From the NCBI GenBank assembly GCA_038850285.1, contig JAWCMA010000019.1:1-22583 (forward strand): a stretch of 22,583 nucleotides of DNA, read 5' to 3'. The DNA is from Methanocellales archaeon (lineage in GTDB: Archaea > Halobacteriota > JAWCLZ01). The notes beneath the pieces were generated by a model. The model saw only the letters and a list, made by a program, of their open reading frames with translations. It had not been told where the DNA came from and searched no databases. Made by a program: the position numbers and the translations under genes. Below, in pieces: positions 16,079-22,583 of the stretch (the stretch's first letter is position 1; each line of letters opens with the position of its first letter).

Positions 16079-17035
16079 ATGGATAATTTGGAAGAGCTTT
16101 GGATTACATTCTCAGGAGCCATTTTGATCCTTGCTGTTGGAATATATTTGCTGCTTAAAATCAGATATAGCACACCCTATAATCAAGCTAGCGATATCTC
16201 AATCCCAAAAGCACTGCCTATATCTAAATCTATCCTTGGCAAAAAAGGCCTGCTCTACGGTGCTTTCATTCTCTTTGCAATATCAGCAGCATTCCTAGCA
16301 AGCAATAACCCCACAGACTCAAGCCATGGCCCTGCTTCTGCATTTTCAGCTGGAACTCCTCCGGAACAGGTCTCAGTAGAGGTAAGCTCTCCAGTGGTAT
16401 ATGGAAAAGAAAACTCAGCTGTGCCAGTGAAGGTAAAAATAATGAATAATGGCAATGCAGTGATTCAAGATGTACATTTTGAGGAACAGAGTGAAAGAAT
16501 TGCAATTCCACCAAATAGTACTAGTATGCTTATTGTAAATACAATTATCAAAAGCTTTACCTCCCATAAAAATATGAATATAACTTTATATTATTCTTCC
16601 AGTGGCAATAAATATTCAAAGGCCATAGAGACATGTATTTATCCAGTTCCAAATGTTGAAATTAAAGAGCTTGAAATAAAGCGCGAAGCCCATAATTTCA
16701 TCTTCCCCGACCAGCTTGAGCCTGGGGAAAATTTAACACTGCGATTAAAGGTGGTAAATAAAGGAACTAGCAAGCTCCCCCCTAGCTCTATAAAGATACT
16801 GGGATTTATGGAGGACTTTGAAGCTGCCGCGAATATCTCAAAAGAAATCAACGTAGGGCTGAATCAAAATGGTGAATATCCCTGTGAAATCACCTTCAAA
16901 ATCAATGAAAATCCACCTTATGGTGAGACCAGAGCTAATGTAGCATTGATATACAACGATACCTTTAAAGGCGAACTTACCCTTGATCAGCGCTTCCTTC
17001 AAATAAAAATCGTTACCAAGGGTACATTTTTTTAA
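16079..17035 (+). CDS. Membrane-anchored hypothetical protein with two Ig-like (CARDB/COG1361-like) domains
   Basis: Two N-terminal TM segments, a Ser/Pro linker, then beta-rich repeats VKIMNNGN...IPPNS and LEPGENLTLRLKVVNKGT. Confidence 0.7.
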   Translation: MDNLEELWITFSGAILILAVGIYLLLKIRYSTPYNQASDISIPKALPISKSILGKKGLLYGAFILFAISAAFLASNNPTDSSHGPASAFSAGTPPEQVSVEVSSPVVYGKENSAVPVKVKIMNNGNAVIQDVHFEEQSERIAIPPNSTSMLIVNTIIKSFTSHKNMNITLYYSSSGNKYSKAIETCIYPVPNVEIKELEIKREAHNFIFPDQLEPGENLTLRLKVVNKGTSKLPPSSIKILGFMEDFEAAANISKEINVGLNQNGEYPCEITFKINENPPYGETRANVALIYNDTFKGELTLDQRFLQIKIVTKGTFF

Positions 17036-17075
17036 TCGATTGCTTTAAGCCCTTTCACACTTAAATTCCTTGAAT

Positions 17076-18023
17076 ATGCCATTCAAGCAAAGTGCTCAAA
17101 ATACATTGAAAAACTGCTTGAGAGTTAAACCAGGGGAGAGCGTTTTAGTGGTAACAGATATAAAGAAGTTTTTCATCGGCAGAGCTTTTTTTGAAGCAGC
17201 ATTAGAGCTAAATTGCGAGGCAATCCTTATGACGATGAAGCCTCGAAATAGAAGTGGTGAAGAACCACCTCCAGCGATCGCTCAAGCCATGAAAAATGCA
17301 AGTGTAGTAATAGCTCCCACAACTTATTCAATTACACATACTCAAGCGAGAAAGAATGCATGTGCCGCTGGAGCTAGAATTGCCACCATACCAATTCAAA
17401 CCAATAATTGGAAGCTGCTTCGAGAAATGTTCACTAAGGGCGGGATAACCGCTGATTATACCGAGGTTGAGGCTAGAGCTAAGAAATTAATTCAAAAGCT
17501 GAAGCATAGAAGCAAGCTTAGAATAAAGTCCGACCTCGGCACCGATGCAACTTTTGAACTCAGCGGTAGGGAATGGCAGCTAGATACTGGAATATGCATA
17601 GAGCCAGGGAGCTTTATAAACCTCCCTAGTGGCGAGGTATTTATAGCTCCAGCGAATTCAAATGGCAAAATAGTAATCGATGGCTCCTTTGGAGACATAG
17701 GTATATTGAAGTCTCCACTTGAATTTTACATCCGCAATAATTATGTAGTTGAAATTCAAGGTAGAAATGCAGCCCAGTTAATAAGAAAACTCGATGCCAT
17801 TGGAAAAGAAGCTAGAAATCTTGCAGAACTAGGTATAGGTTTGAATCCAAAGGCAAAGCTGCTAGGTATTGTACTTGAAGATGAAAAAGTAGCTGGAACA
17901 GCCCATATTGCTCTAGGAGACAACTCCACTTTCGGAGGAACAGTTAAAGCTGGGATTCACTGGGATGGAATAATCAAGTATCCTACAATACACATCAATG
18001 GCGAGGAATTGAAATTAGATTAA
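17076..18023 (+). CDS. Aminopeptidase, M29/aminopeptidase T-like
   Basis: L.VKPGE.VLVVTD, GEEPP, S.THT.AR, GTD, NLPSGEVFIAP, AELGIGLNP, LEDEK..GTAHIALGDN and HWD metal-ligand motifs. Confidence 0.88.
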   Translation: MPFKQSAQNTLKNCLRVKPGESVLVVTDIKKFFIGRAFFEAALELNCEAILMTMKPRNRSGEEPPPAIAQAMKNASVVIAPTTYSITHTQARKNACAAGARIATIPIQTNNWKLLREMFTKGGITADYTEVEARAKKLIQKLKHRSKLRIKSDLGTDATFELSGREWQLDTGICIEPGSFINLPSGEVFIAPANSNGKIVIDGSFGDIGILKSPLEFYIRNNYVVEIQGRNAAQLIRKLDAIGKEARNLAELGIGLNPKAKLLGIVLEDEKVAGTAHIALGDNSTFGGTVKAGIHWDGIIKYPTIHINGEELKLD

Positions 18024-18029
18024 GGAGGT

Positions 18030-19628
18030 TTGACTGCGATTAAAGCGATTCAGCAAAATAAAATTTTAAAGCTAAGCTGCATTTTACTTTTAATTTCACT
18101 ATTCACCTCAAGCTGCCTTGAAGAAAAACCTCAGATCAAGAATCCAGAGGTATTGATCGACCTCTCCATAGCTGATGCAATTACCCTCGATCCAGCTGAT
18201 GCCTATGAAGCTTCCTCTATAAATCTCATTCAGAATATCTACGACCGCCTTGTTGCATATAATGGCTCAGACATCTCAAAAGTCACACCCATGCTCGCTG
18301 AGTCTTGGAATATATCTGAGGATGGATTGAAGTATACTTTTAAAATTCGCCAAGGTATTAAGTTCACAAATGGCAATCCTTTGAATGCCCACGCAGTTAA
18401 ATTTTCTCTGGATAGAGCAATAATAATGAACCGCCCTCCTGCTTGGAAGTTAATTGAACTCATGGATATCAATAGCACTCGGGTAATTGATGATTATACC
18501 CTAGAGATAAAACTCAAGAGAGCATATCCTGCTTTTCTAAAAGTACTTGCATTTTCAGTAGCCTCAATAGTAGACCCTGAGGTAGTAAATGCACATGGTG
18601 GGGTGAAGGCTAATGAAATAAACGAATTCATGGCGAGTAATGCAATTGGCTCAGGGCCCTATAAATTAGTTTCTTGGGAAAGAGGCCAGCAAATTGTTTT
18701 AGAAGCCAATGAGGATTACTGGAGAGGCAAGCCCAAGATCAAGCGCTATATCTATAAAATAGTGCCTGAGCCAGCGACTCAAACGATGATCCTAGAGAAG
18801 GGAGACGCGGATCTAGCATATATACCGCTTGCGAATCTAAAGCACTTGGAGAATAAATCAGGTATAGTTGTTGAATCCAGAGGTCTCTCGCTGCAGATTG
18901 ATTATATTGTTTTCAATAATAACTCTAAGCCCTTCGACAGCAAGTTAGTTAGGCAGGCTATTTGCTATGCATTTGACTATAAAGCTGCAATTGACAATGT
19001 TTACTACAACCAAGCTGAAATCGCTCGAGGACCAATTCCCAAGGGGATGTTTGGACACGATGATTCCCTAGAGTGGTATACAAGAGACCTAGCAAGGGCA
19101 AAAGCGCTGCTTAAACAAGCTGGCTATGAAGATGGATTTACAGCTGAGACTGAGATCATCTATTTAGAGGGCAATGATGAAATGAGAAAAACAGCCATTC
19201 TGCTGCAGAATAACTTGAAGGAAATAGGAATTAAGCTCAAGGTTCAGCCTCTATCTTACAGTGCATATATTACTAAAATCTTCAATAAAGATTTCCAACT
19301 TGCCTTCGCAGGCTGGGCTCCTGATTTTCCAGATCCAGATGTAAATGTGGCACCCTTGCTTCATCCAAATTCAGAGGTCAACTATGCCTCCTATAGCAAT
19401 CCAGTTGTCACAGAGTTAATCGAGGAGGGAGCGAGGGAATTGAATGAAACAACTCGCCTTCAAATATATAGCCAGATTCAACGCTTAGCGAAAGAAGATG
19501 CCCCTTATCTCTGGATAGCGCAATATAAAATTGTAGGAGTATACAGAACATGGGTAAAGGGCTATTACTATAACCCAGTGACAACAGCAAGCGGAATAAG
19601 AGATTTATTCGCTCTATATAAAGAATAA
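18030..19628 (+). CDS. ABC transporter substrate-binding lipoprotein, family 5 (DppA/OppA-like)
   Basis: Lipobox-like LFTSSC, TLDPA, IYDRLV, PMLAESW.ISEDG..YTF.IR, GSGPYKL, N.DYW, VRQAI.YAFD and GWAPDFPDP; AAGGAGG lies immediately upstream. Confidence 0.95.
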   Translation: MTAIKAIQQNKILKLSCILLLISLFTSSCLEEKPQIKNPEVLIDLSIADAITLDPADAYEASSINLIQNIYDRLVAYNGSDISKVTPMLAESWNISEDGLKYTFKIRQGIKFTNGNPLNAHAVKFSLDRAIIMNRPPAWKLIELMDINSTRVIDDYTLEIKLKRAYPAFLKVLAFSVASIVDPEVVNAHGGVKANEINEFMASNAIGSGPYKLVSWERGQQIVLEANEDYWRGKPKIKRYIYKIVPEPATQTMILEKGDADLAYIPLANLKHLENKSGIVVESRGLSLQIDYIVFNNNSKPFDSKLVRQAICYAFDYKAAIDNVYYNQAEIARGPIPKGMFGHDDSLEWYTRDLARAKALLKQAGYEDGFTAETEIIYLEGNDEMRKTAILLQNNLKEIGIKLKVQPLSYSAYITKIFNKDFQLAFAGWAPDFPDPDVNVAPLLHPNSEVNYASYSNPVVTELIEEGARELNETTRLQIYSQIQRLAKEDAPYLWIAQYKIVGVYRTWVKGYYYNPVTTASGIRDLFALYKE

Positions 19629-19969
19629 GAATGGCCAGTAAAGAACTTCTACTGCTCCATCCTTTGGTGTATAGCCCTCTCTTCCAAATTGTTCTCTACC
19701 CCGATAGTTGAGACTCCAAATTGAGAAAATGTAAAACCAAAATAAGACATGAAAAAATAAGAAGCAGGGTGTTAGAAATACTGAACCTAGAAAAAAAATC
19801 CAAATGGAGTCAGGTACTCTTGATTTAGTCAGAAAAATAGTGAAGCATTTCCAGAAATTCCGATAAGACAATTCTGGATTTGGACAAAAAAATTCTAGAT
19901 AAATTTAAATTTAAAAATAAAAATAAAAACAAAAAACTAAATTAACAAATTAACTAAATAAAATTAAAG

Positions 19970-20143
19970 ATGGTTGCAACTTGCAATTACTGCGGTAGAG
20001 AATTTCATGCATCTTTAATTTCCATTTGCGATTATTGCTTGGGGAATTTCTGCCCTGACCATCGCTTGCCCCCTAATCACAGCTGTATTAAAATCGAATT
20101 CTGGGATTTTTATCCGCCTTCCACTGGAAGTTTAAAACTATGA
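19970..20143 (+). CDS. 57-aa stand-alone AN1-type zinc-finger microprotein (not in ORF track)
   Basis: MVATCNYCGREFHASLISICDYCLGNFCPDHRLPPNHSCIKIEFWDFYPPSTGSLKL has the full AN1 ligand set C-x2-C-x11-C-x2-C-x4-C-x2-H-x5-H-x-C. Confidence 0.9.
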   Translation: MVATCNYCGREFHASLISICDYCLGNFCPDHRLPPNHSCIKIEFWDFYPPSTGSLKL

Positions 20144-20185
20144 AGCTTTGCGATAATACTTATTTTGAGAGGAGCGGGGGCATAG

Positions 20186-20214
20186 TTTATAGATTTATAG
20201 ATTTATAGATTTAT
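20186..20214. repeat. Tandem repeat (TTTATAGA)x3.6
   Basis: TTTATAGA TTTATAGA TTTATAGA TTTAT, flanked by inverted GCGGGGGC (20174-20181) and GCCCCCGC (20237-20244). Confidence 0.85.
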
Positions 20215-20285
20215 GGCACCAAATTTTTAACTAGAAGCCCCCGCATATTTTTTACTCATGTGGGTAGTAATATATAGATTTTTTT

Positions 20286-20302
20286 CAATAAGTTTATATT
20301 AT
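20286..20302 (+). promoter_or_regulatory. BRE/TATA promoter of cdhA
   Basis: CAATAAG TTTATATT lies about 40 bp upstream of ATG 20336; GGAG RBS-like sequence at 20323. Confidence 0.6.
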
Positions 20303-20335
20303 ACCACACAAATTATTCGTTTGGAGAAGGAAACT

Positions 20336-22583
20336 ATGGCTAAGGAAGTAATCAAACCAATGAAATACGAAGTTGAGGGAATGCAAAACGTGGAGATAAG
20401 AATAGGCAAAATCGAGGAGGAGGAAAAACCCTGGGAGCCAATGGGACCAACTCCAAAGCCAGGTATTTTAACACTCAGGAACTGGGATCATTTCTTGCTG
20501 AATAGATATAAGCCATTCTATGCCCCCCACCAAGACTTCTGCAATCTCTGCACCCAAGGACCATGTGATTTAACCGGAAATAAAGAAGGCGCCTGTGGCA
20601 TCGACTTAAGAACTCAGAAATCTAGAATAGTGCTCGCCGCAGTTTGCTTGGGACACGCCGCGCATGCATCTCACGCTAGGCATATATATCATTCTCTAGT
20701 GCATAAATTTGGAAAAGATACACCCATAGACCTAGGTGTGAATGTAAACGTAGAAGCACCTATAACTAGACTAATAACAGGCATAAGGCCCAGAACCCTA
20801 GGCGACTTCGATGAAGTGCTGAGCTATATCGAAGAGCAATTCGAAGCCCTGGTGGCAGCACTCCACACAGGTCAAGAGGGCAGCTACTTAGACTTCGAAT
20901 CCAAGAGCTTTCACTGCGGTATGTTAGATCAACTTTCAATGGAGGTAGCTGATATCCTGCAGATCTCCGCTTTAAACTTCCCCAAGGCAGATCCCAATGC
21001 ACCTTTAATTGAATATGGCTTCGGCACAATTGATAGCACCAAGCCAGTGATCATAGGAATAGGCCACAATGTTATGCCAAGCACAGGTATAATTGATTAC
21101 ATGGAGAGAAACAACCTCTGGGATAAAATCGAATTCGCCGCTTGCTGCTGCACCGCTCATGATAACACCAGATATAACAAAAAAGCAAAGTACGCTGGCA
21201 CGCTTGCTCAGCAGCTGCGAGTTATAAGAAGCGGCTTAGCAGATGTCATAGTTACAGATGAGCAATGCGTGCGCACAGATGTTTTAAGAGAATGCAAGCG
21301 CTTGGGAATACCAGTGATAGCCACCAATGAAAAGATCTGCTACGGCTTGCCAGACCGCACGAAGGACAAGCCCGAGACTATAATAAAGGATATCTTAGCA
21401 GGCGCTCCAGGTGCACTAATAACAGATCCAGATGTAGTAGGCCCAGTTGTTGTACAGCTTGCCATAGAAGTAGCGAAGGTGAGGAAGACAAAGAATCAAA
21501 TCATGAGCGATGAGGAATTCAAAAAGTGGGTCTCGGAGTGCACCCAGTGCAACAGCTGTACCTTAGTATGCCATCATGGCTTGAGACCTGGCTTAGCAAT
21601 GGAGGCAGCTGAAAAAGGAGATAACTCGCTTTTGATTAAACTCCTTCAAACCACGTGCATCTCCTGCGGTAAATGCGAGTGGGAATGCCCCAAGAATATT
21701 CCAATCGTAGATGTCATGATAAAAGCAGGTATCAACGAACTAAGAAATGAAAAGGGCAAAGTTCGCTCAGGTAGAGGAGCAATTGATGACTCTGAAATCA
21801 GAACAGTAGGCGCTCCTATAGTGCTGGGTACAATTCCAGGTATAATAGCGCCTATTGGCTGCGCAAATTATCCAGATGATGCAAAGGTGGTATATGATGT
21901 ATGCGAGGAGTTCTTGAAAAGAGGATTTATAGTCACGGTTTCAGGCTGCCACGCTATAGATATTGGTAAATATAAGAATGAAGAGGGACTCACCCTTTAC
22001 GAGAGATTCCCAGGGGTATTCAATGCAGGTGGACTAGTAAATGTAGGTAGCTGCGTTGCAAATGCCCACATCGCTGGAGCAGCTGTGAAAGTGGCAAATA
22101 TATTTGCCAAATTACCCTTGAGAGCAAACTACGAGCAAATTGCAGACTACATTTTAAATCGCGTGGGTGCAGTGGGCTTATCTTGGGGGGCAATGTCCCA
22201 GAAAGCCGCATCAATTGCAACCGGCTTCAATCGCCTAGGCGTGCCAGCAGTAGTAGGCCCCCAGGGAGCGAAGTATAGAAGAAGTTTCATGGGCAGAAAG
22301 GATAAACCAGAGGACTGGATTATGTACGATGCCAAGGATTCCTCGATAATTCAAGTAGAACCTGGACCTGAGCATTTGCTCTATATAGCTGAGACCAAGG
22401 AAGAAGCAATTGTGAAAATGGCAAGACTTGTGATGAGACCAAATGACACTGATCGAGGGCGAGCAATAAAACTAAGCCACTACTTAGACTTGAGTGAGAA
22501 ATACTATGGCAAGCTACCGGATGACTTCCATCTCTTCGTGCGCTGTCCAACGGATCTACCAGTTGCTAGGAGAAAAGAATTAC
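20336..22583 (+). CDS. cdhA: CO dehydrogenase/acetyl-CoA synthase (ACDS) alpha subunit, 3'-truncated by window edge; absent from ORF track
   Basis: Own translation: WEPMGPTPKPG, CNLCTQGPCDLTGNKEGACGID, HASHARH, HTGQEG, GHNV, CCTAHD, DEQCVR, two ferredoxin motifs (CTQCNSCTLVC, CISCGKCEWECP), IGCANY, SGC, GSCV, MSQKA and GRAIKL.HY. The frame is open to the window end. Confidence 0.97.
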   Translation, partial: MAKEVIKPMKYEVEGMQNVEIRIGKIEEEEKPWEPMGPTPKPGILTLRNWDHFLLNRYKPFYAPHQDFCNLCTQGPCDLTGNKEGACGIDLRTQKSRIVLAAVCLGHAAHASHARHIYHSLVHKFGKDTPIDLGVNVNVEAPITRLITGIRPRTLGDFDEVLSYIEEQFEALVAALHTGQEGSYLDFESKSFHCGMLDQLSMEVADILQISALNFPKADPNAPLIEYGFGTIDSTKPVIIGIGHNVMPSTGIIDYMERNNLWDKIEFAACCCTAHDNTRYNKKAKYAGTLAQQLRVIRSGLADVIVTDEQCVRTDVLRECKRLGIPVIATNEKICYGLPDRTKDKPETIIKDILAGAPGALITDPDVVGPVVVQLAIEVAKVRKTKNQIMSDEEFKKWVSECTQCNSCTLVCHHGLRPGLAMEAAEKGDNSLLIKLLQTTCISCGKCEWECPKNIPIVDVMIKAGINELRNEKGKVRSGRGAIDDSEIRTVGAPIVLGTIPGIIAPIGCANYPDDAKVVYDVCEEFLKRGFIVTVSGCHAIDIGKYKNEEGLTLYERFPGVFNAGGLVNVGSCVANAHIAGAAVKVANIFAKLPLRANYEQIADYILNRVGAVGLSWGAMSQKAASIATGFNRLGVPAVVGPQGAKYRRSFMGRKDKPEDWIMYDAKDSSIIQVEPGPEHLLYIAETKEEAIVKMARLVMRPNDTDRGRAIKLSHYLDLSEKYYGKLPDDFHLFVRCPTDLPVARRKEL

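Noticed and set aside
19614-19871. 85-aa minus-strand ORF after the binding protein gene
   Set aside because: TTG start without RBS, Phe-rich from A-tracts on the other strand, no motif; cannot be supported.
20766-22550. Four short minus-strand ORFs in an apparently gene-free end of the window
   Set aside because: They are shadows of cdhA, which the track omits because it has no stop codon within the window.

Overview
Archaeal chromosomal window (Halobacteriota/Methanomicrobia-like gene content; lineage not determinable here). It opens with a housekeeping run: partial NrdG-type radical SAM activase, UPF0200 kinase, UPF0201, alaS, thrC, ychF, then a convergent trkAH. An AT-rich accessory stretch (8.8-11.1 kb) holds a decayed YgiQ remnant, two unannotated zinc-finger microproteins, an FKBP PPIase and a non-autonomous IS200/IS605 element that keeps an omega-RNA-like scaffold. 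Next come tfb, an intron-containing tRNA-Lys(CTT), an RCK-DHH phosphoesterase, a secreted serpin, membrane proteins, an M29-like aminopeptidase, an orphan OppA/DppA lipoprotein, an AN1 zinc-finger microprotein and a partial cdhA, which the ORF track misses. Most notable is a geometrically canonical bulge-helix-bulge (tRNA-splicing endonuclease) motif outside any tRNA/rRNA, in the leader of a C2H2 microprotein gene. Removing its 74-nt intron would reframe an upstream ORF to stop 1 nt before the C2H2 start codon. CdhA also lacks both D-cluster cysteines.
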